Origin: the human T2T-CHM13v2.0 reference genome, Homo sapiens | Reading direction: 5' to 3' (one strand) | Length of the DNA stretch: 64,000 nucleotides | NCBI RefSeq assembly: GCF_009914755.1 | Contig: NC_060931.1 | In this document: piece by piece, positions 30,166 through 44,875 of the stretch | Layout of the letters: each line of letters opens with the position of its first letter | How positions within the stretch are numbered: the stretch's first letter is position 1 | Notes under the pieces: generated by a model | The model's input: only the letters and a program-made list of their open reading frames with translations | Told to the model about the DNA's origin: nothing | Database searches by the model: none | Position numbers and translations under genes: made by a program

Positions 30166-30809
30166 GCACTTCTTGGGTGCACTCAGAATCAACTTGTGTG
30201 AGAACCATTTAAAACATGGCTCATAAAAATTTAGGTATTAACTTACTTCTGATTTTTGTTAAAGAGAATGGACAAAGAAGTGATTTATTTTAAAATACCT
30301 GATAAATATTTACATTTTAAAATCTTTGCCACGATGGCTTCCAAAGAAAGAACATAGCAAAGGATGATTCCCCACTTAGGCAGGGCAACATTTATTTTAC
30401 TTGTCTTACAGCAGGACTAAAGATTCTAAGATTTTTTTTGAATGGTCCTTAAATAGTTTTACAAATAGTCAGAGTTCTGCACATGGACTCAACATAAAAA
30501 CTGAACGTAGCTAAGTGATTAACTTACTTCTTGAACTTCTTAAGATGTTGTCTTACTCTGTAACTTCTTGCTAACATGTTATTCAAAGAAGCAATAAGGT
30601 GACATGACAAGGCACTTCCAGTTCTTTTCCAAACAAGGTAATTTTAAATCAGGAATAAAACGAAGCAAGAGAAAAATAATCACCAAATGTGATTAATATA
30701 AAGTAGCAGCATTTGGAAATTTTAGCACTTTGAAGTTGGACATTCAGTTTGTAATTAATATGAGGTAATGAATTATTTGTTCGCAAATATTAAAAAATTT
30801 ACCAGGCAT

Positions 30810-33800
30810 AGTGTGGGGGGCTTCTTTAGGTTTTAGAAGTAGTAGTGCCACCTTTGGGTGTCATACTCTGACTTTTTCTGGGTGGCCTTGACCTGCCAAA
30901 AGCTGCCTGTTTTGAGTGAGGCCGAAAGTGGGAAGTAGCTGTCCAGCTGGCTCAGGCTGCAAGGCAAGCAGCTCTGCCCTTTGGCCCTTGTGAGCAAATG
31001 GATTTGGTGCTGCTGAAATGGTGTGCAGCCCATTGGAGAGCTATATGGCATCCATGACAAGTGCCTACAAGAGCCATCGTAGAGGAGAACTTCTGTGTTT
31101 GGGAAAATGTGAAGACCCCTTTAGCAGATGACCCTTTATTTTGAAACATGACTCCTGACTTGTTCCTGGGCTCTGATAGAGACTGAAAGACCCAACTCTC
31201 TGGTGTAAGATGATCTCAGTACTTTGATACCTGACATGGAATGAGTGTTGTCTCAGGTACTTAGCCACAAAGTCAAGCATTCCCAACGGTAGTCCACATT
31301 GAGTGAACTGAAAAGGAAGAAAAAACTATGAGGCTGAGCCTGTGGAGAAGCCTAAAAACACAGATAAACGGTACAAGCAGGCAGTCGTATTCCTACTACA
31401 TTACTTTTTCTTCCTATGCTTCATGGGAGTTTCCAGTGACTAGTGGTCCAATGAGAGAGTTCTTCACTGAGAGACCTAACTTGAACCTGGTGTACAAATG
31501 GCCTTGCACAATATGCTAGCCCCAGACAGGATGAGAGGAAGCGTTGCTGTCCTTCAGTGTGGCTGTGAAGTATAGTGGAGAAGGAAAATGCTCACAATAG
31601 TTGATTCTGAGCATGAATTTCATTGTCTACTTGACCTGGAAGGAAATATTGTCAACTTTATCTGAGGTCAGGATCTACACCAATTCCTGAGGTAATGATT
31701 TGCTCAGAGGTGATATTCAAAATATTTAACACATAAGACAATTGGAATCTATCACTGAAACTAGTCTTGAAGTCCAGTTTTGCCAGATGTTAACCCTTTG
31801 GTTTCTGAATTGTGGGGAGTCAGAGATGTCCCTGAGGGAGGGATCGATTGACTTGGGCAATGGTGGGGATACTGGGCAGGGGCTTGGAACAGGGCAATAT
31901 TTTAGAGATGCTTAAAGCTGATGAGTACACAATGAGTCATTTTTAGTCCTGGTCTGATTAGACGGTCAGAGACTTAGAAGGATCAAGATTGGAGAACTGA
32001 TGACAAGTAGGTTTTAAGGAAAGTTGATGCACCATTGAAAATGGGCCCAAAGTGTGAAAATATCTGGGTTAATGTGAGTCCTCACTGAGAAGCCATTATT
32101 GTAGAAGAGTTTGTGTATTAGTCCATTCTCATACTGCTATAAAGAAGTGCCCAGGACTGGGTAATTTATAAAGGAAAGAGGTTTAATTTACTCACAATTC
32201 CACATGGCTGGGGAGGCCTCAGGAAACTTACAATCATGGCTAAAGGGGAAGCAAACACATCCTTCTTCACGTGATGGCAGGAAGGAGAAGGATGAGAGCT
32301 GAACAAAGGGGGAAGCCCCTTATAAAACCATCAGATCTTGTGAGAACTTACTATCGTGAGAATAGCATGGGGAACACCATCCCCATGATTCAATTACCTC
32401 CCACAAGGTGCCTCCCATGACAGGTGGGGATTATGGGAACTACAATTCAAGATAAGATTTCAATGGGGACATAGCAAAACCATATCAGTTTGTTAATATC
32501 CAAGAGAACAAAGTGATTTCTTCTATGGGGGTCAGACATCCTCTGTTCCCAGTCAGTTTCTTGGCTTATGGATATAATAGCTGCTATTGCCAGAATGGAG
32601 GTAATTCTTGGGCCTAACAGCATAAATTTCCTTTTACCAGACGCATCTGTATATTGCTAGCAGCAGTGACTGTCACTGCACCTCTAGGGAACTTGGTCTG
32701 CTGGTAGTGGGAAAGTTATTTTAAGTTGGGAATGCTTCTTTATCATGGAGTGGCAGCAACTCATCCAGTGGCACTCATCCAGTGGCAGTACTGGAATAGT
32801 CTTTCTGAACTTGGATTTGCTTTCCCTGCTTACATACCACTAACACATCGGCAGGATTCTATATATGGCCTCTGACCAATGAACTCACCACTTGATAAGT
32901 AAGGCAATAGGCTAATAACTCACTGGCCTTACTGTATAAATATCCAATCATCCTCATGAAGCTATTGAAATGACCTATTGAAAACTTTGCCCTAGTGCCA
33001 TTTGGAAAATAGCAGATGTGATATGGAGTGTTACGTTGTAAGATATAGAACATGAGCAGAAACAATGACTAATACATTGGTTATTACTTTCAGAGCCAAA
33101 ACACAACCTAAGAATCTAGGGATGAAGGCACCTCTTACAATTATACTTATTCTCTCACTCTTAGAATTTTTGCTTTAATTTTTAAAAATTGTTCTCTTAA
33201 CTCTTTTAGCCTAAGGAATTTAGTACCCAATGGAGGACTGCTTCAAGCAAGAGTTTTTGTTTGTTTGTTTGTTTGTTTTAAAAAAGTAGGTTTTATTGAA
33301 TTGGCAGCTGAGATTGCCACCTGGAGATTTTGTATTCTTTATACAATCAGGGCAAAGATGCTTGGCAAGCTGAGGTGTTGGCTGAAAGCCAGGAGAACTT
33401 GGAGCAAACAGGGAAAGTACATATTTTATATGTCAGCAGCAGTCTCATGCGTTCTTGCAGAATGGAGGACAGTAGCCTTCCCCAGTATTTCCTTATTTGC
33501 TGCTAAGTATACTATTTATCTCACATTTCCTTTAAACATGAGAATTAAACAAATTTTCTTTTTCTTTCTCCCAGGGCTATATAATGTAATCTAAATATCA
33601 ATTAAATCCACCATGTAGTTCATAGGCTGAAGAATACTGAGATGGGGTTGTGATAACTGAGAAGGAATGGACATAAGTCAGAGGTCATAGACTTGAAGGA
33701 CAATGTCTCACCTCTGAGTGCAGTTGCTGGAAATGACTTTGCTTGTCTTCTATTGCCATTGTGTGATGATTGGTTGAATCATGTGTTATGGGTGTTTTTT

Positions 33801-33875
33801 TTTTGGTACAGGTAAAGAAAGATATGTATGTGAGTAAGCAAGCATGTGTGTATTCTGGGCAGCCAGAGGGTAGAT
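30810..33875 (+). mobile_element. Decayed ERVL-class internal (pol/RNase H) segment
   Basis: 31140-31190 reads FET*LLTCSWALIETER (ERVL pol FEKQLLACYWALVETE-like); ~31664 EVRIYTNS* (EVRIYTDSW-like); PPT-like gggcagccagagggtaga precedes an LTR. Confidence 0.7.
32114..32487 (-). mobile_element. THE1 (C/D-type) solo LTR nested in the ERVL
   Basis: tgtattagtccattctc..ggtaatttataaaggaaagaggtttaat..aaaccatatca; perfect 5-bp TSD gtttg (32109-32113, 32488-32492). Confidence 0.92.
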
Positions 33876-34265
33876 TGTAGCAGATAGCTTTGGGGGTAGC
33901 TGTATGGCTATGGCTAAGCATGGCTCCTTTCTCAGAAGGATTATTTGTTTATATACAGACATAGCCCCAGGAGATCACATCTGTGCTCTGTGATTTTGTC
34001 TTCCTGGCCATAGCTGCTAGTCTGGGAGTTACCACCTATGTTCTTCATTTTGATGATTAACATTTGGCATGATGAGATAGAGAGATGGGAAGATGTGTAA
34101 ACTCCTACTGAGGCCCTGGAGTGTCCCCATTTCTTGTCCTTTTGAGCCTTTGTTCCTCTCTTGCATTTTATGAAGTGCTCTATAATCCTTCTGATAACCT
34201 TCTCTCTTTGCCTAAATTAACCAGAGTTGTTTTACACTCTTTGCAACCAAAGAACATTAACAAAT
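33876..34265 (+). mobile_element. 3' LTR of the ERVL segment (LTR33/16-like)
   Basis: Begins tgtagcag after the PPT; ends taaccagagttg..ttgcaaccaaagaac. Confidence 0.6.
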
Positions 34266-34939
34266 GTGGAAATTAAAGACTACTTAATATATATAGTGAT
34301 CTTAGATGTGGTTCCTCAATTTTAACTAAAAATTATCAAGTATTTGTGAAGAAGAAAGCTACAAGAAGAAGACACCTGAGTTCATCTCTTCCTTCATGGG
34401 TTCTCCCCTTTCCCTTAATTCTTTGGTGGAAAAAACAGCATTACTGGAGTAATTAACATACATTTTTCTAGAATTAAAATTAGGAACTAGGGAGGGTGGC
34501 ATGTGGAGGGAAAAAACCCAGCCATCTGGAATGAACGATTTTTTACAGGTAGCCTAGGTTAGCCAGGCTGGTGAGAAAACTAGGTCAGGAGGTGAAGACA
34601 CATGGACCTGGAGTAATGGCAAGCATAGGATGAAAACATGCAGAACCTGGTTGAAGTTCTCCTGCACTAGCTTCCTCATATGTTGCCATTTCATCAGTCT
34701 TGCTGTCACTGGGACAAAGACACATGTTCTGGCAGCAGTGGATAGAGACCATGGAGAAACCTGCCAAATAAGCAAAATTATATATTGGTGGCTTCAGGCA
34801 TATTATTCAACAATGTCACCTCATCTGCTTTTCTTAATTTTCTTAAAATTTTCTTAGAAAGAAACATTTAATAGGGACTTAAGAACGGAAGCCATGTCTG
34901 TGTCTCAGGCAGTGGCCAGACAAGATGGTAAGATGGTAG

Positions 34940-35332
<393 letters not shown>

Positions 35333-35469
35333 CTTTTCTTTATTTACTGGCCTTTCCAGGTTTTTGCCCATTGAAATATAATAGTCTTTATTGTATAATA
35401 ATGCGGTGGTTCTCACACTTTAGTATTCCTAACAATTATCAGGGGGTTGGGTATGCGGTGATTCTTCTG

Positions 35470-35697
35470 TTTTGTTTATTTTATTTTTTTTAAGTTTTGA
35501 AGAACTTTTATTGCCAGTTTGTCTAAAAGGTCATTTACTCAAAATGGAACTGGGGTGACAACAGGCTATCAAGCCATGACCTGGAAACCAAAGAACAATT
35601 CAGCAGTTCCAGGCTATAAGGAGTTGGCTGGGTCCCAGCACCCTGTGGGGAGACCAGTGGCCACCTAACCTGAGCAGGAGGTCAGTGCAGGAGGCAG
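35470..35697 (-). pseudogene. Short polyadenylated retro-insert (probable 3'UTR retrocopy of unknown mRNA) interrupting a MER5
   Basis: Minus strand: AATAAA (35507-35512) 15 nt before an A-rich tail (35470-35491); MER5-like sequence on both sides. Confidence 0.5.
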
Positions 35698-38600
35698 GAG
35701 GGCTTGTCAAAATGTATTATCCTGGGTCTGCACCAACAACAAACAACAAACAAACAAACAAACAAACAAAAACCTCATTTATTCATTTCAAGGTGGGACT
35801 CAGGAAGCTCTGCTTTTAGTAAGAACCAGGAGTGTCAAATGCATTTAGTCATTGGTTGAATGACCATATAAATTATTTTCAAACTAGGAGACTTCGGAGA
35901 GTGAAGTGAGCTGCTGCTGACAATTACTCTGAGATAACAAGTGCAAAACAGCTCTGTCTCAGGCAAACTCTGACATAAAGTCTCTGCCAGTTGTGGGTCA
36001 ACATTTGAGAAATGCTGCTGAGTGAAATTGACTTTCAATTACTGTGACTCGGGCTATTCCCATTTGCACTGATGGTGGTATAAAAGGCTTTTTGATGAAT
36101 GAGAAAATTTAGGCCACAAGAAAAAATTGTTGCAAGTAGATTTTTTTTTCTTCAAATGGGGGACTGCCTGCTGTGTCCCAGAAAACTCACATCACCTGGG
36201 TGTGAGTGATTTTTGAGATGGTTTAAGTACTTTTAAATCACAAAATTCTTTCCTTCCCCCTTACCTCCCTTCTTCCTTCCCTCTTTCCATCCCTTCCTTT
36301 CTTCCTTCTTTCCTTCTCTCACCCATTCATTTATTAAATATTCATTGAGTAATCCAGAAGACTGAGGAAGTAAAAGACTGAGAGAACATAATCATGGACC
36401 CTCATTCTTCTTACTATCCATAAAAATTTGGAGACAGCTCAGCTCCTGTAACCTTTGTGATTTGCTACTGATCTGAGTAGATGTTTGGCTCAACATTACT
36501 AAAAATAAAACAGAACTAAAAAGAAACCATGTATTTTACTTTAATGCTGGTTTAGTGAGTCAACCAGAAACGTCCTAACTTTGAACATGTAAAGGACTAT
36601 ACTTCAAAGTATTTTTAAGCAATAGTTAAATGTAAATATGAAATTATATATCATTTGTCTAGATCGATTGTCAATGTGTTTAGAATCGCTCTTGTAGATG
36701 ATGATAAGGTTTAGCTTTGTTCTTTTCCAGTTAATTTTGGGTTTGCATTGTAGAGAACAGATCAAGTGTGTCAGAAAAGTAGGCACTGGCTAGGGAGGAG
36801 GAAATCATTAACTATTTCAGGCCACTAATATGAAATGGTATTCACTGAAGAAATAAAATAGCAAATTACATTTATAAAGAATTAATGTTCCTTTAAAAAT
36901 ATCTGGCCATTTGATTATTTGCCTCAGAGAAAATGACGCCCCTCCCCAGGTTTGTAAATTTAAGAGTGCTAGTGAGCTTGAAAGAGCCTTATGATGTTTA
37001 CTTTTTCTCTCCTTTACCAAAGAGAAAAGGGACTTACTTGGGAAGATAATATCATCACTTTTTGATTTTTTTGATGCCATGTCATCTTATTGATGTTTTA
37101 AAAGACTTGGAACAACATGAAGCACTTTAATGGAGAGATAAATATTTTTTAAACAAGTTATTATTTTTTCTTTGGCCTTTTATCTGTTGTACTACTTAGT
37201 GTAAATACAATTTAAAAATCATAAGTTGAAATTTTTAAATTTAGATTTAGTTCTCCTTAAGAAATTCAACAAGAAGGAAATATAAACTCTAAATAGACCT
37301 TTCTTATACATAGGCCATACTGCGGTGTGTGTATTTTCTATAAAATAAATGTCACTTTTAGCTTCTGTTAACCCACATCATTCCAGAACATTTCCTAATG
37401 ATTCTTTTTAAAAAACATTTTTTTGTTCTGTAAATCTATTACTGTGAAAGTAGTTCCTTCCTGGCTTCCTGCTGTGTTTCTCTGCTATTGCATTATTGGT
37501 ACTTACTGTGTCACAATGATCTGTCTTTACAAATTAATTTTGTCTTTTTCTTCTGAATTTTTTCAATGCTCTTGATTTTTTTTCAATTTATACTAACATT
37601 TTAATTATCAATTCCTTTCTAAAGAGGCATTCATACTGTTTGCAAAATTTAATTACAGTGCCTTCCTTCCTTAATACATTAAACCTATAAGTCTTCTTAG
37701 ATTTTTGTATTTTCTGTTAGCTCAAATTAATAAGGGAGAATGAAAACATTCTTACATTGATCTAAATTATTTTCCTCTTCTTTTCTATTTTTTGAGCAGC
37801 AAATTGAACATTATTTATTTTTATCATATTTGAGATTCTTGACTATAAAAACATGTCCTTCTACCTCTCCTAATATAAGGGTAGTCTATAGTTTTAAGAA
37901 AGTATACACTTACATATCCCACATTTATTTGTCTTCTCTGTGTCCATTTATTCAGCCAGACATCTATTGAGTGCCTATCACAGGTTGGACACTGTGTTAG
38001 GTTATGTTTATTTGTTATTGTTTCTTTACAAGAGCAACTTAAAAAATTATCTTTCTAATGCCGCTCACAAAAAATATATTGAAACTAACTCTCTTACTCT
38101 GATCTCAACGATATCTCTTACATAGGTAATTGAACTGTAGTGTATTTATGAAATAATAGACAGGACAACCAAATAAACACTAGTAGTTCTGATAATTCTA
38201 AAACTATCCAGTGAAATTGTCTATGTGTTTGTTTATGTGTACAAATCATCAAGATTTGTGAAAAAAAACTACAGAAAACTTGATTATCTTTACTGGCAAT
38301 AATTTAGTTTTAAATGGCAGACTGAGAACAAGTGAATGTAAGCTGTAACTTAATATCATTTAGTTATGCACCAACTTGGTCAAATCATTAATTTTATCTA
38401 ACATCAAAAAGAAAAGCTGGATGCATGAAAAATTCTTGATAGATATGTTAAAATTATTTCATTTACTGAAAATTAACTCTTTTCAAATAAAGTTTAGTTT
38501 TTAGATCTTTATAGATTATGAGAAAAGAATCAGGAGAAAGAGGAAAGAAATAAAAAATGGAAGTCTAAACCAATTTCTGGTTCGGTTTAGTCTCCTTCAC

Positions 38601-40083
38601 TGAACAAATATTTACAAAACACCTGCTCTGAGCCAAGCAGAATGCTGGGGATGCAGGAGGACTCACTTGAATCATGAGTGATGATATTGCCTTACTTTAT
38701 GCTAGATTTAAGTTTGGGATGCCCTATGGAAATACTATGAAACTATGTTGTTAGCTAAATAGCATGAAATACCTTGTAGAAAATGCAAGTGAAAAAGAAC
38801 CTGGGAAAGAAGGTTCACTTTCAAAGACAAACTATTAAGAATATCAGTGACTGCAGGTTAGACAGTAATTGTAGACAATTAAGAGAAGACAGAACTTCTG
38901 ATTAGAAGAGTGATTGGCAAGAGAGTTGGCCAGGCAGAAAGGTGATGAGACCTTTAGGTGGGCAGCAGGAGCAGAGCTTGGTGTTTCTTTTGTATAGTGC
39001 CCCATCTCTGGGTTTTAGGAAGCATACTATCAAATGTTTAAATAATGCTCCAAAAGTTAGGTAACTCCTCAAGGTTACGCAGCCTTCAAGTGGTGGTGCC
39101 TGGACTTAAACCTCTAACTCTGTAGCTAGTGATCTTAGGAAGGTCTGCATTTTAGAATTTTTCTGCTGAAACAATAGAATTCCCATAGCTATTACAAGTT
39201 CAAGTATGAGAAGGAATGAAAAAGAAATACTGCCTGAAGATTTCCTTCATCAGAGAAACATAGGGATTGAGGAATACCAAGTGGTCTTGAGGATATGCAT
39301 TGCAGACCAGTTCATTTATGATTTATTTATTCATTCAACAAACACTGATTTGACATCCTCCACATACCATGAGCCCTGCTTCTCACACCTGGCATGGGTC
39401 TTGAGAGCCACTCTGGCACCATGTTGCATTTTATTGGGTTCTCCAAAGTGAAACCTATTTATAGGTTCATCCTTGTATCCAACCACCAAAGTTCAGATAA
39501 TAATTTGCCTCTTGATTTGCAGCCAGGGGCTTTCCAGTTAGTGAGAGGGGTTGATATAAGGGAGAGTGAAGAACCAAAAGAGGTAATTTGTCTTCATTTC
39601 TGCTGATGAGGACACCCAAGCAAGTTTTCCCTGAGGCTATGGTAATCTGCAGGGCTGTCTCTCATTTATTACCCACAGAATCTAGAAGCCCTGTGGCGCA
39701 TTGCAAAGATAAGGTAATGAGCACACATTATGCAATAACAGACGGTAAACTCTCTAATTTTCCTTTGTTATTGGAAGGTGGCCTGGAACACCAGGTGTTA
39801 GAGACAGGTTTTCCTGTCACTCGTCTAACCAGTTTCCTATGCACTAAATGCAAGAGATAACACATGAAATAACTCACCAGATTTAAAGTTAAGCAGTTAA
39901 CTGTGAGAATGACAAAGATAAAATGAAATTGTAGAAGAGCTTTATAATGCCAAAATGCTATAAAATATTTGTTGCTATTATGAGACTTGTATGATATAGC
40001 TTCAATGGACTTGTTATGTTGCAATTAGATTGTTTTAAAATGTCACAAAGACTTGCTGGTGGATGGCTGGGTGGTATAAGGCA

Positions 40084-40245
40084 ATATTTCTCTAATTTTA
40101 ATATGCATATGAATCCCCAGGAGATCTTGTTAAAATACAGGTTCTGAGTCACCAGGTCTGGGGTGTGGCCTGAGAGTCTGCATTATTTAAAAATCTCCCA
40201 GATGATATTGATGCTTCTGGCTCATGGATCACAGTATGAGTAGCA
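40084..40245. mobile_element. MER5A/B
   Basis: gcatatgaatccccaggagatcttgttaaaatacaggttctgagtc..ggcctgagagtctgcatt..ctcccagatgat. Confidence 0.75.
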
Positions 40246-41344
40246 TGGATGTAAAATTGAGAGTATGTATTACCATCCCTCAATTCAAGGGAATTCATGA
40301 CATATTCTGGCTAAAAACATACATATTTATCTGGTGTGTAAACCTCAGGATTCACAGCATATCATCAAATCAACTTTATTTTTGTCTTTCCTACTCCCTT
40401 AAAATTTATTCAGTAATCATCGGAAGCCCTGGGAAGCAAATTTCTGGAGACCCTATGCCTTTTCTGCTCATGCTTAAGTAGTATACCATCCTACTGTCAA
40501 TTAAGATCATAAACACAGGCACAATTCAGTAATTAGATTGTGGGCCTAAGATAATAACCAGGCTCTGACCTCGATTTAACGGGCAGAGCTCCCTTGGCCC
40601 AGCCTGGGCCTGCTTACCCTGCTGTTTGTCCCTAAAAGGGCTCTCATTAGCTATTCTCTGTTTGCCCATGTTGAGCTTTTTGGTTTAAATCTGATGCCTT
40701 CCCCTGTAGGGCACTTTTGTGAGGCTTTGTGATTCCCTTCATTGGTGACTTCTCCTGCAGTCCCCTTGTTGCTGGCTGCAGAACCCCGTCAAGTCCAGGT
40801 GGCCACTTGTTCCTCCTGCTTTGGATCCTAGGAATTTGGCCTTGCACCCAGCTTCTTGCTGCTGCCCTCTAGGACCTGCATTGGGCCAGACTCAAGTTAG
40901 CTCTCTCTCATTTGCTGCCCACCTCTGCTCCACAGGAAACACTCTAGGGTTCTTTGACCTGAAAAACCCTGGAAATGCATGTGGGAGTAACTGTCCTCAA
41001 AGCAGTTATTCTACCATCCTTGGCCCTCTAGATTTCCTGGGCAGAAGGCAGAATGCAGGGCCAGTGTCCCCAAAATGCAGGGATGCCCCACTTAGGAATT
41101 CAAAGTGGACCCATGGGAGTCCCTCTCAATAGAGTGAGATGGTAGAAACTAATAACGAGGCAATTATTCTCCCCAAAGTGCTATCTTCACAAATATCCCT
41201 TCTCCTTTCGTCTCTCAGCTCTTTCATATCCTTGTAGTGAGTCAGATGGTTCAGAATTTATGCGGTGGGTTCTCAGAAATTTCCTTTCATGGTTTTTATA
41301 TGACAGTTTTGTATCTCACTTTTCAATGTCATTCAATATTCTGT

Positions 41345-41520
41345 TACAATAATAATAACAATGACCTACGTTTAGCAAGCACAGCAATACCATGAGACAG
41401 GTGTGATCCATTTCCCCATTTTACAGGTGAAGAAATTGAAGCACAGAAAGATTAAGTAAAAAATGCCTGATGTGAACCTAACAAATCTTAAGTTTCTACT
41501 CTTAACCATTCTGCTGTGCT
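41345..41520 (-). mobile_element. MIR
   Basis: ccccattttacaggtgaagaaattgaagcacagaaagattaagtaa. Confidence 0.7.
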
Positions 41521-42476
41521 TCTGGTAGAAAACGTCCAAATATTTGAAGGCAATATCATGATATATTCAAAAGAATACTAAAAACCAAGTGGTATGTCAG
41601 GCTTGCAGAGTAAAATCTTTGGGTAACATTTCCGTTCTAAGTCTTAATTATTATTGCTTTAAAAGAAATATCGTTGGATTGCATTTCCTAAAGTGTGTTT
41701 GCATGAAATATTAGACCCAAGGTTCCTTCAATCATTCAACACATATTCACTGCATGCCACATAGGGAATTCTGTCCCTCTTGGAGATCTGCAATCTATTA
41801 ACATGTTATAGATTCTAAAAGATCCTGTATAAATGTGTATTTATCCCCAAATTATTTGATATTGGATTTTCTGTTCAATTTTGGGGCAACACCAATAACA
41901 TTCTTTGGAAGTTCCTTAGAATCAGCTTTTGGAAGTTAACTAATGAATTTACTGATTAATTCAGAGACAATGAATGAAAGTGCATGTACTAATTATTCTT
42001 TATTCATTTGACCTTGAAGAATGTTTAATTTGTGATCACCTTTTGCAGTAACTTGACAGATATTTCTAAACACATGTTAAACCTAACTTGGAAGTAAACC
42101 CATTTATAAAAAACACTGAAAATAATAAAGTAATAATGTGTTAACATCTGTATGTGTAAGATGTGAGGTTTGGTGCAGTGATTCTCAATCTTGCCTATTA
42201 GAATCACCTGGGAAGGTTTTAATTAACTGATGTCCACACCACATTCAGGCCAATTTAATCAGAATCTCTGAGGGTAGGATCTAATATTTTGATCCAGGGC
42301 TGTGATTTGAGTCTCCTTCAGTCCATGTGATAAATAACTTATATAATTAGGTGAATTGAAACTACCTCTCTGAAAAGGAGATGAAATTATCTACCACCAA
42401 TAGATTTAGTCTGGTTGAAATAAAATGGATAAAATATATAAGAAATTTGGTCGGGCGCAGTGGCTGTAAGATTTTT

Positions 42477-42818
42477 GGCCAGGTGTGGTGGCTCATGCCT
42501 GTAATCCCAGCACTTTGGAAGGGAGAGGTGGACAGATCACTTGAGGTCAGGAGTTCAAGACCAGCCTGGCCAACATGGCGAAACCCTGTCTCTACTAAAA
42601 ATACAAAAATTAGCCAGGCGTGGTAGCAGGTCCACGTAATCCCAGCTACTCAGAAGGCTGAGGGAAGATAATCGCTTGAACCTGGAAGGCAGAGGTTGCA
42701 GTGAGCCAACATCATACCACTACACTTTAGCCTGGGTGACAGAGACAGACTCTGTCTCAAAAATAAATAAATAAATAAATAAATAAATAAAATAAAATAA
42801 AATAAAATAATAAAAAAG
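42477..42818 (+). mobile_element. AluS with (AAAT)n/(AAAAT)n tail
   Basis: Dimeric Alu consensus match. Confidence 0.92.
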
Positions 42819-43487
42819 TAAATTTAAAAAAACCCAACAAACCCAAAAATGTAAGGTTTTCTTAAAAAAAAAGAAAAAAGAAATGCATATACTTAACACT
42901 TTCACATCACGGCAATTATCTAGGATCTTCCTTATTGAGGCTTTATAATTTATGACCTTTTGTTTAAACTCCGCTCCTCATGTGGCTCCTGTTTATCAAT
43001 TTTATATTTCCAAATTGCACTCTGCTGAAAATAATGAAATTAGATCAATATAGTTATGTTAATGGAGGTACCATGCAGCTCATTTGAAAGAGAATGCAAT
43101 ACATATTTTCATACGTCCTATATTACTCAACCCATTGATCAGAAAAGTGTTAATGATACAATGCTAGTATTTTGAATGTCTAAGAGGTCCATTGATGGCA
43201 ACTTAGACATAAAAAGCTACTGAATGTTCATGAAACTGGAATAAATGACTGCATTGAATATATTTAAGTTATCCTTAATGTCCTGTTGTTAGCTGCAAAT
43301 TTTATTCAAACTCATCTCAACTGTTATTCTTAAGACTTAAATAAATCAACCATGTATTTTTGTTCATCTTGGCTTACACAATTCTGTCATTTGTTTGAAC
43401 AATAAGCATAATTCTGTTGCCAAATAAAAGAAAAACAAAATTATGGGGCTGTAAAAAACGCAGTACTAGAATGATGTGATTAAATAA

Positions 43488-43828
<341 letters not shown>

Positions 43829-44856
43829 GAAGTTTTCTTCTTTTGCATTTCTGTTCCTCATACTTCTTTGTGTTCTCTCTTGGTCTTTGTCTTTCTTCAG
43901 GTCTTGCTCTTGCCACGTACTGTTTCTTGTTTTGAGATTTGTATTTGTAGTGGGGGAAAACAATACGGAGAGTTTTTATGGAGTGGAGGAACTTCCAAGA
44001 TACAGTATGTAGTATTTTTAGGAAATGGAAATCTATTAGATGCTTTCTCCCTGAGAAGGTAGTAAAAGTTGTGAGAATGAGAAGGAAGAGATGGTAATGC
44101 AAAAGAAACACTTGTTGGAATATTCTAGTGAGGGTGAGGATGCAGAGGGAGTCTTTCTGGAGAGAAAATAGATTTGTGTAAATGGAAGACTACTTACTAG
44201 TCTACGGAGAGAAACCAAAAGATTAGCAACAAAGGATATTAACATTTATTATTCATGCTTATTAAAAAAAGAGAAACTAAGGAATAATCTTGGGTATACC
44301 CATTCAATGAAAAAGTCACTTGTAAATTTCAGAAACGTGAACTGCCTTCTAGGGACTACTGTTTAAATGTCACCTACCTAAAAGGAATACATTTTAATTG
44401 GACTTTGATTGGCAAGCTCGTCACTACTTCCTTTGCCTTTATGAAAAGATCTGTTCCAACTGGCAACACCCAAGAGTGCAGCATTTTAAACAGGGAAAAG
44501 GTGAGCAAACACAATTACCCGCATCTAAGTCCTGTGATACAGGCAACTGTTTTAATATAATTCGTCTTCCTAGTTGTCATTTACTAACCTAAAGAGCATT
44601 ATTGGGCTGATTTAGTTAAAAAACACCACCACCACCACCAAAAAACAAAAAACAAAAACATGGATGGAAAAGGGAAAGCAATAGAAAGGGAGTCTGAAGA
44701 TTCTAGATTGAGTCCTGATGTCTCTGCAAATAGCTATGAAGTAACTAGAGCTTCAATTTCATCAACTGTCTAGGTAGGATGCCCTCCAAGGTCTCTAAGA
44801 TTACAAATAGTGTGAATTAGCCGACAGCGAGCTAGAGCATATTTGCTTAAGCCAAT

Positions 44857-44875
44857 AGTGACATCTGGTGGCTGC
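44857..44875 (-). promoter_or_regulatory. Candidate CTCF binding motif
   Basis: Minus strand GCAGCCACCAGATGTCACT, one mismatch from CCASYAGRKGGCR. Confidence 0.5.

Noticed and set aside
32759-32787. 14-bp tandem duplication actcatccagtggc
   Set aside because: Ordinary local slippage inside a dead ERV
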